DNA of 64,000 bases from contig JAUCBJ010006726.1 of assembly GCA_032718475.1 (NCBI GenBank), forward strand, positions 1 through 64,000, written 5' to 3'. The stretch's first letter is position 1. Each line of letters begins with the position of its first letter. Shown here one piece after another: positions 1 through 64,000 of this stretch. The position numbers were made by a program, and so were the translations under genes. This stretch comes from Nemertoderma westbladi (lineage: Eukaryota > Animalia > Xenacoelomorpha). Below the pieces are notes generated by a model, which was not told the DNA's origin, searched no databases, and worked only from the letters and a program-made list of their open reading frames with translations.

Positions 1-499
1 GCAATATAGTAAGGTAATTAATTATTTAGGTATTATAGGGTTGCTATGCAACAATTTATTTTGCCTATAATGTAGGCACTTAGAATATGGGACTATGGTA
101 AGGAATTAGCACTGGAATACATAATAGTTTGTTTCACTAACCCCTCATCTACTGTACCACCTGGCCTGAGGCCTACTGTATATATTGACAACAAGTTATC
201 GAACAATATTATTAACTCGCCTGTGTGGCGAGTGGAAATTATATATATTAAAATTCAAAATAACAATAAAAAAATATATTGGATCTGATACGCCAGGTTT
301 GTAATCTTTTTTGTTTTACTGACTTTGAAAAACTCGTTCGAACGCAAAACTCGAGTTCAATTGGCTACATTCGTTGGTACGAAAAGATTTAGATAGGCCA
401 TACAAATCGAAAACATGGTTGCGAGAAAATAAATTTGAATTTCTCAACACAAATTTCTAATTTTTTACATTTTATCCACTATAAAACAACAGAACTTAC

Positions 500-682
500 T
501 GTAAGTCCATAAGTGCTCCAATAATCTCGGACCCTAACCCTAGGCGTCCATCTACGTAGGATTCTGTTAGTGCGCACGCGATCCGTCAGTTGCTTGGGAC
601 TCAATCCTTTACGTGACGATAAAAATTGAAGGCAATAATGCCAATGGAAATTTATTCGATCCTTCTGTTTTTTTATAAACAT
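500..682 (-). other. Possible exon of an unidentified minus-strand gene
   Basis: An open, more GC-rich segment bounded by a ttacag acceptor (688-683) and a GTAAGT donor (499-494); no recognisable homology. Confidence 0.3.
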
Positions 683-841
683 CTGTAATGAAAAATAGAG
701 TAAAACAATTTACCGCATACCACTGCACTGCGATTTCGGAATGTTAGAACGCTATTGGATTTTTATTAACAGTAGTAATTATTATTATAACAATTAATAT
801 TTAATTGGATATTGCTCGTAGGTTAATAAACATTGTACTAC

Positions 842-998
842 ATATACTGTACAGTATCATCAATGCATACTGTCGCTGTAGGTTGTGGTTATATTAGGTC
901 TACATAGTTTACAGTAGTGAGTATATACTGTACAGTATCATCAATGTATACTGTCACTGTAGGTTGTGGTTATATTAGGTATACATAGTTTACAGTAG
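842..998. repeat. Two-copy direct duplication, ~81-bp period
   Basis: atatactgtacagtatcatcaatg...tacatagtttacagtag occurs at 842 and 923. Confidence 0.85.
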
Positions 999-1818
999 GT
1001 GAATTTAATGGAAATAAAAGATGGGCCTCAAGAAATTATTTCAAATTAATTATTCCAAATCATTTTTAGTTTCTTAGAATTTGTGATTTAAATGAAATAT
1101 GCATCAATTATTATACAAAAATACATTAAGTGAGTCAGGCGTCAGACAACCAGACATTAGTCTCGGTCGAACAGTCAAACAGTCTCGCGGTCCAACAGAT
1201 TACCAGCAAAATGACAGATGGATGATTAACAGACACCCTAAGCAGACAGCTGGTAGATAAACATAGTAATAAAGATAAGCATGCAACAAAACGGTATATG
1301 TTGAGAATATAATGGTGATACCAATATGTAAGCCAAGTCCCAAATGAATGGCTCGGCCCATGCTTTAATTGCTTCTGAAGCTTCTACTTCAGAAGTAACA
1401 AGCTGTTTAATCAATATTATTATTGATTACATTACTTGGAAAAAGATCTAAACCATGAAGCTTAAGTGCAGGTTATAATGTAGAGTAGAGTGAGTGCAGG
1501 TTATAATAATGCTTTAGTGTAATATTGCTTAATACTAATTTGCAGTAATTATTGCCAGCGATAACCAGTGGTGGGGTTAATATTGTAATATTGTATTTTC
1601 TTACTACTTAAGTAGTTCAAAAAGTTCATGGCTCGCTCAATGACAAACAGTCAATGCCAATGTTAAAAACAAACAGTCGTTTAGTTGCTTCAATATAGTT
1701 TTGTATTAATAATTATTATATAATCACTAAGTAATACTTAATTACTGAATTTCATTATATTCAACCACTAAAAATATACATATTGAAACTATAAACTTGA
1801 GATTGATCCATAGACTAA

Positions 1819-3243
1819 ATGACCATATCTCATGCGTGCAAAAGGATGAGATTTCCTGAGTTAGTATTTGGTGTTCTTCATCTTGGGCTCACCGTTGCTG
1901 GGAGTCTGTCGCCCGCAGGTAACCCGCAATCTCAACTAAAACCATGCGATAACGCCGTTACTGATGGAAACGCCGTTAAATGCCCGGCATATTGTATCGA
2001 AGAATTCGGTGATGACAAAGCAAATTCGATCGCTTGCATTAAAGGATGCAAGATTTACGATGTAGTTGAACTTCTAGAAGAAAAAGGTGGCCGTGTTCTG
2101 GATGACTGCCATCTATCCTGCACGAAGAACTACCCAGCCGATGTCATTCTGGACAAAGTATGTTCGTCCGGTTGTTGCTACAGGAACGCAACTGGCCCTA
2201 GCAGCAACGCTAACGGCATCAGCATCCTCCCACTAGGAAGGGTGTCCGACCAGTTCTTGTTTCCTCCATTCCCTGTAGACGGGAAGACCATGGAATCTAT
2301 TGCCCATCGCATGTTCTCAATGGTGAATCGCATGCGGGACATGTTCGGGGCGAACAGTCCGCTATCAACCTGGGGGGCTGGAGCGCCACAGCCCGGCGTT
2401 GTAGCTCGTATGTTATCTATTGACACCCAACCAGATGGGATTCATATCAGAGAGAAGAACTTCGACAGGAATGGCAACGTGGTTGAAACGGAGAAGATAA
2501 TTTCTAACGGGCGAATAAACCAAGAAGAGATTACCACTCACGAAGAAGTTACAGGTTCCCCAATTTCTCATGAGGAGAGAGAAAACCAAGCAGCCCCTAG
2601 CAATGTCAATGACGTGGTAGTGGATGCAGTGGACACCACGATCAAGGAAGAAAAGGAAAATTCACATGAAACTACTTCTGACGAAGAGACTGGGAACAGA
2701 GATAACACTATTCCTAAGGAAGAGGTTGAAAATGAAGATAACACCATTCACAGAGAAGAGATAGATAAAAATGAAGATAACACCATTCACAAGGAAGACG
2801 TAACTAAAGATGAAGGTAATACCATTCCTAAAGATAATTCAGATAACAATGTTGTTGTTGAAGTGAAAGAAAAATCAGAGGAGACCGTTTCTAAAGAAGA
2901 TGCCGATACTGATTATGTTCCCGACAGCACCTACCCCATTATTGACGAAGTTGTTTCTCACCAAAGTTTTGAGGATCATTTCGACCACGAGGAAACCAAT
3001 TATCCCATGCCATGGAGTGTGTCAGGGTGGCTGGGTTTGGGTGCCACTCACTGGGCGCTCATCGCGACCCTCGCTGTCTGCGTTATCGCCGTGGTTTGGC
3101 TGTTGTGCGCCACGAAAGTCCTCAAACGAGTTGGGAAGAGATTTTTAGAAGACCCCGAGAAGAAACAGCTCATCTACGTAACCAACGTGAGCGATATTGC
3201 GGCTCCGTTGCCGGACAAAACTCCGCTCATATCTTCGGGTTAA
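1819..3243 (+). CDS. TMEM59: TMEM59/TMEM59L (BSMAP-family) type I membrane protein, single coding exon
   Basis: 474-aa ORF (start may be Met at 1846). It has a hydrophobic signal peptide and a Cys-rich domain (ACIKGCKIY..CHLSC..Y..CSSGC) resembling TMEM59 ACQRGCRLF..CESAC..CHLGC. An acidic linker is followed by a C-terminal TM (WALIATLAVCVIAVVWLLCAT) and the tail AAPLPDK (cf. AGPLPTK). Family recognised from memory. Confidence 0.8.
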   Translation: MTISHACKRMRFPELVFGVLHLGLTVAGSLSPAGNPQSQLKPCDNAVTDGNAVKCPAYCIEEFGDDKANSIACIKGCKIYDVVELLEEKGGRVLDDCHLSCTKNYPADVILDKVCSSGCCYRNATGPSSNANGISILPLGRVSDQFLFPPFPVDGKTMESIAHRMFSMVNRMRDMFGANSPLSTWGAGAPQPGVVARMLSIDTQPDGIHIREKNFDRNGNVVETEKIISNGRINQEEITTHEEVTGSPISHEERENQAAPSNVNDVVVDAVDTTIKEEKENSHETTSDEETGNRDNTIPKEEVENEDNTIHREEIDKNEDNTIHKEDVTKDEGNTIPKDNSDNNVVVEVKEKSEETVSKEDADTDYVPDSTYPIIDEVVSHQSFEDHFDHEETNYPMPWSVSGWLGLGATHWALIATLAVCVIAVVWLLCATKVLKRVGKRFLEDPEKKQLIYVTNVSDIAAPLPDKTPLISSG

Positions 3244-3454
3244 CCCGCGACTCTCAAACCTTAAATTATGTTTGAAATATTTTTTGATGTTTTGGTTGTA
3301 CTCCTTTATGTTTTAATATATTACTCATTCGGAATTTTGATCCATTTCGCAATCTTTGAATTTATTTTAGTATTTTATCGGTATAACGTAGAATAGGGAT
3401 ACATATGTCGTAGAATATTGTATGAAAAATAACTACTAACACATCTATATCGCT

Positions 3455-3845
3455 TGGGTCGGTATGGAACACACCGCTCATGGGTGGGTATGGAACACCT
3501 CCCGCGGATTGGTGGGATGGAACACGTAACGCTCATGGGTGGGTATGGAACACCTACCGCTCATGGGTGGGTAGGGAACACCTACCGGTCATGGGTGGGA
3601 TGGAACACCTACCGCTCATGGGTGCGTACGGAACACCTAACGCTCATGGGTGGGTACGGAACACCTAACGCTCATGGTGGGTGTGGAACACCTACCAGTC
3701 ATGGGTGGTTACGGAACACCTAGCGCTCATGGGTGGTTACGGAACACTTAACGCTCATGGGTGGGTATGGAACACCTATCGCTCATATGGGTTGGTCCGG
3801 AACACCTAACGCTCATGGGTGGTTACAGAACACCTACTGCTCACA
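3455..3845. repeat. 28-bp minisatellite (ggaacacctaacgctcatgggtgggtac), ~14 copies
   Basis: Periodicity read directly; lies ~210 bp downstream of the TMEM59 stop. Confidence 0.9.
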
Positions 3846-3933
3846 TACTGTTACCTTGAAGCGTGAGTTCCGTAAACAACTAATTAACTAACGAATTAGT
3901 TTGTTTGTAAAAATTATGGAAACTAACTTATTT

Positions 3934-6690
3934 ATTATTAATTAATCTGGACACCCCCCAGTCGGGGTAAATGGTAAAAACTTAAGTGCTGTAATTATAT
4001 ATTAAATTGCACGGAATCTAAAATTTATAAATTATTAATATATGGTCTAAAGTAATTAGTTATTGAGAGGATACGGTGGATATTGTTGGGCATTTGTCGC
4101 AGACTAGGGCATGGTATCGGTTCTTTGCGGGTTGCAGACAGAAACGACATATACAGTCAATACATGGATCGTGGTAGGAATTATTTTCACACAGCTTGAA
4201 ATGAAACCCGTGTGATGTGGTTCTTGTTGCTAGGTGACGGTGTCGTTGGCCGCTGCGTTTCCAGCTAGATGATTGGAACGCAGGGCCCAGCTGGTATTGT
4301 TCTGCATTGAAATTTGCATTGCGATCGTTTCTGAAAGTGTTGTACTGTTCTAGAATTGCTGAGTTAAATATGCCTGGGAATTTAAGAACAATGTCATTAG
4401 TTAAGGTTTCTTCGTTGATTAATTTCAAAGCGAGCGTGGAGGATGAGGAGATGTGTAGGCCGAGTAACCGTTTTATAAATGTAGATTTTATTTTGTCGAT
4501 TTCCTTTAGTTGGGGCAGTGTAAGCAGGGGACCAAACTCTGATATTGAATTGGGAAAATCTTCATTTGAAATATTTTCATTCCGGTTTGTACAGAAACTA
4601 GATGCAGGTTTCTAAGAGAGCCAATGGCGGAATATGCCTTTTCTTTTTTTGCTTTAATGTGCTTTGTGAACGGCAAAGTTGGTTGTAGGGTGAGTCCCAG
4701 ATACTCGTAATGGTCACAGATTGTTACAGCCTCCCCATTGTAAAAGAATTTGTCATACAGAGCAAGCCGGCCACCCTTCCTAAACTTAACAATCTTTGTT
4801 TTTATTAGGTTAACTTGTAGAGAGTTTTCACAGCACCATTTGTGAAGGTTGTTAAGACCGTCTTGAATATCCCTAGGGTTGGTAGAGTAAAAAGCAAGAT
4901 CATCGGCATAAAATATACATTTCAGAAGTACTGGATTGCGCGCCGCAGGGCAGATACGAGGTCGGCAATGTACAGGATGAAATTCGTCAGAGAAAGGCAA
5001 TCGCCTTGTAAGAAACCGAGTATTTGTCGGATTGCATTTGATAAACGTAACCCATCATAGATTTGTATGAAATTTACTTTCAGTATTGATTTGATGATGT
5101 TGTATAGTTTCCCTTTGACACCGAAATCGTGGTAGAGTTTATGGAAGAAAATATTTCGGCTGGTGGAGTCGAAGGCCTTCCGAAAGTCTACGAAAGCCAC
5201 ATAGACTCGTCCCTCAGAGGCAACTAGTGACGAGATCTCGGAAAGGAGGAGCTTAATTGCGTCAGTTGTAGATTTGCCCGGGGTAAACCCAAATTGTTCT
5301 AGTGGTAAACGATGTAAGAGTCTGAGTAGTAAACGCTTGTTTATAATGGAGGTAAATATCTTGAGAATGACGCTTAGAAGCGCCTTGCCGCGGTAATTAT
5401 CTGGATTGGTAATTTTACCTTTCCTTTGTATAGAACCTTGATGAAACTGGACATCCAAACTTCTGGGATTGAGCCTAGATTGAGACACGTGTTATAAAGT
5501 AGGACTAAGAGGTGAATAATAAACGGTAGGCCTTGTTTAAGGTGTTCGTAGTAAATACGATCGGGTCCGCTAGCTTTACGGTTAGCTGCGTGGTTAATAG
5601 TATTTTCTACTTCAGCGGCCGTGATTGGGGCATTATACCATTCATCACTGTTTGTTTCATCATTTGATGTTTCTGGGATGTCGGGAGTATTTAACGGGTC
5701 ATTTAAGTGACTTAAAAGATTCTCAAAATGAGTTTCAAGTTTATCCATTGGTATAGGTGCTACATTGTTTGGTTTGCCTTCTCTCAGCAAAGTCCATGGT
5801 GTAATTTCAGTTTGAGCTATACGTTCTAGAAGGCGATCTTCCTCATAAATTTCACGTTTGTATTTCAGCAGTTTTTTGTATTCACGGCGTGCTTCCCAGA
5901 AAATGTCTTTGTCAGTAGTAGAGAAATTCCTTTTTGAGAACAAATGCAGCATGTGTAGTTTGCGATCACGACATTCGTTGTCGAACCATGGTTTTCCGTT
6001 TTGAGGTCGTCTTATCGACTTTGGTAGAACTGAGTCTGTTATAGCATCAGTTAAACATCTGTTGGCAACATTGATATCAGCGTTAACAGCTAGTTCGAAG
6101 GCTGCTACTGAAAGGAGCGGGTGGTCTCGTAGTTTGCTGGTGTTCAAATTCCGCGAAACTAGCGGGGCACGTTGGTTGAGTGGAGACATACGACCTGGTA
6201 AGGCGACAGATAAAGTAACTCGTTGATGTTTTCGGATAGGGTTGTATGGTATTTCTACTGATGGTGATTGATTGAGGGGCAAGGGAGTCTTTATAAAGAG
6301 TAGATCTATAGTGCTTTGTCCTTGTGGTGATAAATAAGTGTGTTCGTTGGAATTGTTCAGTAAACTGAAACCGATAACTCCGAGATTGTCAGCAAGATCG
6401 GTTCCGCGGGTCCCTTTGTCCAATCGACAGTTAAAATCCCCGCCAATTATGATTACACGGTTTGGATTTGTTAAGGTGAGAACCTCATTTACCTTTAGAA
6501 GAATTTCTTTAATCGTTGTATCAGGAGTAAAGTAGAATTGAATGAAGTAAGAAATATCAGTTTCTATTATCACGTGATTTTCATCTGAGGCAATGTAGAC
6601 CGGGTTTAGTTTCGGTTTGCATAGACTCAAGAGACCTCCGATAGGGCGGCCTCGGGGGGGCTTTCGTGCGGGTTCAGGAAAGAAGTAATA
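3934..6690 (-). mobile_element. 5'-truncated, frameshifted non-LTR retrotransposon (APE endonuclease + RT) with 15-bp TSD
   Basis: Motifs across ORFs 5374-6630, 4922-5488 and 4506-5000: GRPIGG, IIGGDFN, STIDL, PWFDNEC, KASGPD, NYRG, QFGF, FVDFRKAFDS, GFLQGDCLS, YADD, YEYLG. There is a (TAA)-rich 3' tail. An identical GAAACTAACTTATTT flanks it at 3919-3933 and 6691-6705. Confidence 0.92.
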
Positions 6691-6832
6691 GAAACTAACT
6701 TATTTGGATGGTTGTTTTAGCTTTGTTACACTCCAGACTTTCCTATCACTTTAGGGCCATATACACACGCTTCATTATTGTCGACAAATAATAATATTAT
6801 CGATTATTTCATGATATTTGAAACGGTATAGT

Positions 6833-7612
6833 CTGTGGGGCGAGCCACTAAAGCAAGCGAGCTTAGCATACGGGTACCACAATCTCAATCGGTGTGTCTG
6901 TCGATCTGTAGATCCGTATATTTATAAAGGCCTATAACGAAATGTCATTTTGATCAGTACCGGTGGTGGTTGAATGTTTTATGCTAGTTATCTGGTGACC
7001 AGGTGTACAGGAGGAGTGCAAAGATGGTTGTAATGAATACGAGTCTGTTTTGACATACTCCTTAACGAGTATTGTTTTTACAACACTCGTAAACCACTCG
7101 TAAACTCGTAAACCAGATGGATTAGCATATTTGACCTGGACGATGTCATTTTATTCAATACTGATAATAGAATGTTGTAAGATATATATTTGGTGACCAG
7201 GTTGTACAGGACGAACGCAACGAGTATTGTAGTGGTTACGAGTATCCATCTGCCATAAACCAGCAATTACTCTCACAGTTTCGAGACTTTGCATAGTTAT
7301 AAAGGTCGTCTAAAAAAAATTTTTTGAGACAAAACAGGACGAGCGCAACAAGGCTAATGAAGGAGAGGAGCATTGTAAAACTAAAAATGTTATACTTATC
7401 TTATATAGCCCTACTTAGTAGCTTTACAAATGAAAGCGTTTAAGGACAACCTGAAATGGACCTCTGTTTTATTACAACCAGTTTAACGCAAACTGAAAGC
7501 ATCACTCATTGTTATTTTGGGAATGACGGTTTTCGTATATCTAATATAAATTAGTAAACTTTCTTAAATAGGTTCTCGTGCTGCGCGAAGGCCCACAACG
7601 TGTCTTGTAGTG
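6833..7612 (+). mobile_element. Non-autonomous interspersed repeat, copy A (Helentron/HINE-like ends)
   Basis: Shares its 5' end tgtggggcgagccac.aag and 3' end cgtgctgcgcgaaggcccac..cgtgt..tagtgt with the 10431-11376 copy; the interiors differ. Confidence 0.55.
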
Positions 7613-8317
7613 TCTACGAGATTATAGTGAGAGCACACACTCATTTATTTATACGTTTTTGATTAAACAAAACTTGTGGAAATAAAACATCGGTCCGCCG
7701 GTTGGCGGCCGGTTTGAGGGCCGACCATCTGCTGTAGCACTTTATAGAGTAGGCAGGTTGCGGTGTGATCTATATAATATTATAATAATCTACTTTGCAC
7801 TTACTGGAGATAAAAATGTATTATTTGATTTTGAGTAGGTACATACGATCATAAACTGTGCAGCTACAGTATAGGGCTCTACAGTTGATTTAGGGTTGTA
7901 TATATTAGTTATTGTATATTTAATTGTTGTAGTCGAGCAATAGAGCATTTAATACAACGTATTCAGATATGAAAATATGAATTGATCCTATAGAGAACAT
8001 TTTCGTGAAGGACGTGGCTGGGCTTGAACGGATCGTGACGGCTTCAGCACAGCGGCAACATTTTACCTTTAGTGGTCAATTTTAAATTTTTCATTATTGA
8101 ACGAACTACATTAACCATTATTGATGACACAGAACATTAATTAATGTTAAATTTGCGCATAAATTTTATAATAATGCAATAATTAATTATTACATGATAA
8201 AAAAGAAAAACTTTTATCATTTTGGAACTAATTTATGATTTTTCGTGGATTAATAATAAGTCCGAAGAGCACATTGATCCGAATGGTAGGGGAGATGGTA
8301 ATACATATATACGACAA

Positions 8318-8640
8318 CTGTCGCGTTACGGCTACTCAATGTCGCGTGTTACGGCTACTCACTGTCGCGTTGCAGCTACTCATCATCGCGTTACGGCTAC
8401 TCACGGTCGCGTTACGGCTACTCAATGACGCGTTACGGCTACTCAATGTCGCGTTACGGCCACTCACTGTCACGTTACAGCTACTCACTGTCGCGTTACA
8501 GCTACTCACTGCCGCGTTACGGCTACTCACTGTCTCGTTATGGCTACTCATTGTCGCGTTATGGCTATTCACTGTAGCGTTATGACTACTCACTGCCGCG
8601 TTACGGCTACTCACTGTCGCGTTACTGCTACTCACTGTTG
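8318..8640. repeat. 21-bp minisatellite (ctactcactgtcgcgttacgg), ~15 copies
   Basis: Periodicity read directly; explains the RVTATHC-type ORFs. Confidence 0.92.
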
Positions 8641-8649
8641 CATTAGGGT

Positions 8650-10280
8650 TACTACACTACACTACACTACACTACACTACACTACACTACACTACACTAC
8701 ACTACACTACACTACACTACACTACACTACGCTACGCTACGCTACGCTACACTACACTACACTACACTACACTACACTACACTACACTACACTACACTAC
8801 ACTACACTACACTACACTACACTACACTACACTACACTACACTACACTACACTACACTACACTACACTACACTACACTACACTACACTACACTACACTAC
8901 ACTACACTACACTACACTACACTACACTACACTACACTACGCTACGCTACGCTACGCTACGCTACGCTACGCTACGCTACGCTACGCTACGCTACGCTAC
9001 GCTACACTACACTACACTACACTACACTACACTACACTACACTACACTACACTACACTACACTACACTACACTACACTACACTACACTACACTACACTAC
9101 ACTACACTACACTACACTACACTACACTACACTACACTACACTACACTACACTACACTACACTACACTACACTACACTACACTACACTACACTACACTAC
9201 ACTACACTACACTACACTACACTACACTACACTACACTACACTACACTACACTACACTACACTACACTACACTACACTACACTACACTACACTACACTAC
9301 ACTACACTACACTACACTACACTACACTACACTACACTACACTACACTACACTACACTACACTACACTACACTACACTACACTACACTACACTACACTAC
9401 ACTACACTACACTACACTACACTACACTACACTACACTACACTACACTACACTACACTACACTACACTACACTACACTACACTACACTACACTACACTAC
9501 ACTACACTACACTACACTACACTACACTACACTACACTACACTACACTACACTACACTACACTACACTACACTACACTACACTACACTACACTACACTAC
9601 ACTACACTACACTACACTACACTACACTACACTACACTACACTACACTACACTACACTACACTACACTACACTACACTACACTACACTACACTACACTAC
9701 ACTACACTACACTACACTACACTACACTACACTACACTACAGTACCTTACACTACACTACACTACACTACACTACACTGCACTACACTACACTACACTAC
9801 ACTACACTACACTACACTACACTACACTACACTACACTACACTGCACTACACTACACTACACTACACTACACTACACTACACTACACTACACTACACTAC
9901 ACTACACTACACTACACTACACTACACTACACTACACTACACTACACTACACTACACTACACTACACTACACTACACTACACTACACTACACTACACTAC
10001 ACTACACTACACTACACTACACTACACTACACTACACTACACTACACTACACTACACTACACTACACTACACTACACTACACTACACTACACTACACTAC
10101 ACTACACTACACTACACTACACTACACTACACTACACTACACTACACTACACTACACTACACTACACTACACTACACTACACTACACTACACTACACTAC
10201 ACTACACTACACTACACTACACTACACCACACTACACTACAGTACCTTACACTACAGTACCTTACACTACAGTACCTTAC
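8650..10280. repeat. (ACTAC)n pentanucleotide microsatellite, ~1.6 kb, with GCTAC variant blocks
   Basis: Directly visible; the 606-aa TTLHY ORF is an artefact of it. Confidence 0.98.
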
Positions 10281-10430
10281 ACAACACATTTGAAAAAGAT
10301 CGCCAATATACAGTACATTATAAAATTACCTTATTTCTTTGTGCATTAAATGTAAAGTAGAGCAACACGTAAGGATGAAACACGAACATAAAGTCAAATA
10401 ATAACCGCATTGGGTGATGATAACGCAAAT

Positions 10431-11376
10431 GTGTGGGGCGAGCCACGAAGTTGGCGGAGCCTTAGCGAATTGACACTGTTAGGGGGTGGGTCAATTTATG
10501 CAAATAGTTGTCGTCGTCGTCGTTGTCGTCGTCGTCGTCGTCGTTGTCGTCGTCGTTACGATTTTGACATGCTAATAACTTTGTCGGATTTAAAGCTGCC
10601 AAGTTGAAAATTTGTAGGTATCAATATGAGCAAAAGTTGAGATTTTTGAGAGACTTTCAGACACCATCAGTGCAATGGTCTCCCGCTAGAGGGCCACATG
10701 TCTAAACATTAAATGCCCTCCCATTTCTTTGCTTTTAATCCGTTTAAGCTGAAACTTGGCAGATATGTATTAGACCATTAGCTGTGACTTTCAAAGGAGG
10801 CGAATCCATCCAGTCTGCCGCTAGAGGGCCAAAGGTCTGAAAGTGAAATCGTTGTCGTCGTTACGATTTTGACATGCTAATAACTTTGTCGGATTTAAAG
10901 CTGCCAAGTTGAAAATTTGTAGGTATCAATATGAGCTAAAGTTGAGACGTTTGAGAGACTTTCAGACACCATCAGAGCAATAGTCTCCTGCTAGAGGGCC
11001 ACATGTCTAAACGTTAAATGTCCTCCCATTTCTTTGCTTTTAATCCATTTATGCTGAAATTTGGCAGATATGTACTAGACCATTAGCTGTGACTTTGAAA
11101 GAAGGAATTGAATTGAATTGAATTGAAGGCTAATCCGTGTGCAGTTCTTCAGTCTGCCGCTAGAGGGCGAAATGTTTGAAAGTGAAATCTTTCTCCCATC
11201 TCGTTATTTATGATCCGTTCAAGCTGAAACGTAGCAGATATGTAGTAGAAGTCGGCCTGAGTCTTTGGTGGGCAGTAAACGGTCTGGAGTCCTCCAGTCT
11301 GCCGCTAGAGGGCGAAATGTATAACTAAGTATAATTAAGTCACGTGCTGCGCGAAGGCCCCACTTCGTGTAGTGTT
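10431..11376 (+). mobile_element. Non-autonomous interspersed repeat, copy B, with (GTC)n microsatellite and ~305-bp internal duplication
   Basis: Same termini as 6833-7612. (GTC)n at 10508-10556. ttacgattttgacatgctaataac occurs at 10556 and 10861. Confidence 0.6.
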
Positions 11377-11648
11377 GTATAAAGCTCACCATCATTGCTT
11401 TCTTACAAATCGTGTGGTGCAACTAAATGTGAGGTTCTAAATTTGTATATTTGCCATTGAGAATCACAACACAGTGTAGGCCTACTTACAGTAGTTTGGT
11501 AGTTTAATCCTATACAAATTTACTGCATAATATGCATAATGTCTTAAACTCCTATAATATCGAAGCTATTATTACTCGCGCTTGACTGGGATCATCAAAT
11601 TATAACCTTCGATAAATGACTATTCCCAACATTCTAATAAACCGTTGC

Positions 11649-11661
11649 GTTGCTTGGTAAC
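11649..11661 (+). promoter_or_regulatory. Candidate RFX-binding X-box upstream of RPGRIP1L
   Basis: GTTGCTTGGTAAC fits the X-box pattern GTTGCY-N-GGYAAC, ~660 bp upstream of the ATG of a ciliary transition-zone gene. Confidence 0.65.
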
Positions 11662-12317
11662 CATACAAACAATAATATAGATTGGAAGGATAGTTGGATT
11701 GTGCTGACAGCCATACTACAGTACTGCCTGAATGTGGATTTTAAAGACAGCCCGTCAACTGTTTTAAGAAGAAGATTAAATTATTTGTAGATGTAGGCTA
11801 TTTGCCATCATAGACATTATGCTTATTCAGCTATTCACCATTTGTGGCTTATTCAATTTATGTTGAGCCCGTTCAAAAGAAAATAAACCGTTAGCGTTAG
11901 GCTGTTGAGGGCGTTTTGGTTTGGTTCGGTGTGGGGTAGGCCTAATAAAACGGAATATGCGCCGTTTAGTTGCGTATGAGATTGCAAAACATTCATAAAT
12001 GTTCATATAAATATGTAGTATAGATAGGTAGGTCTACGTAACCGAATCTTATTTATTATGGTTACCCGTACCGGTACCGGTACCATATATATATCTTTAA
12101 ATAATTTTTCCATAAAGCTAAGCTAAATAAGCTTAAATAATTTTTTTATTTTAAAGAAAAATATTTTTTATTTATATAGGCCAACTGTATGTTACCCAGT
12201 AGGCCTACTATTTGATTATTTTTATTGACATCTTCTGTAGGCCTATTAACCTTACCGGTAGTTTAATAGAAAATTGATAATTTTGTAAAGTGAATTAAAT
12301 TTATAAACTCGATAAGA

Positions 12318-63903
<51,586 letters not shown>

Positions 63904-64000
63904 GTGAGTTTATCGGTAACGTCGACAACATTTAAGTCCCGGGATTATTCACAGAAACCCCCATGATTAGGTAATGTCGGTTCATTTATGATTTATTTCA

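Noticed and set aside
8643-8650. Telomeric TTAGGG seed before the microsatellite
   Set aside because: A single hexamer, expected by chance.
8540-10360. 606-aa TTLHY ORF
   Set aside because: Translation of the (ACTAC)n microsatellite.

Overview
AT-rich eukaryotic (invertebrate metazoan-like) genomic DNA with spliceosomal introns; the taxon cannot be fixed from the sequence. It holds an intronless TMEM59-family gene (1.8-3.2 kb) and a large + strand RPGRIP1L/fantom gene (15 coding exons traced by hand, 12318 to beyond 63903, with an upstream X-box). Two complete antisense genes are nested in RPGRIP1L introns: a 4-exon MCM6 and an intronless SLC6 transporter. There are several non-LTR retroelements (a LINE with a 15-bp TSD, RTE fragments, a CRE-like fragment, a near full-length 2-ORF LINE), MITE-like and SINE-like elements, and about 17 different tandem arrays covering roughly 40% of the window by my rough tally. 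The main unexplained pattern is splice-junction-anchored minisatellites. In 5 of about 18 introns the intron begins with 7-135 tandem copies of a unit made of the exon's own 3' end plus its GT donor, in several cases visibly bounded by 5-6 bp microhomologies. In one array the exon-proximal copies differ from the exon only by synonymous changes. Most long ORFs in the supplied track are artefacts of these repeats.
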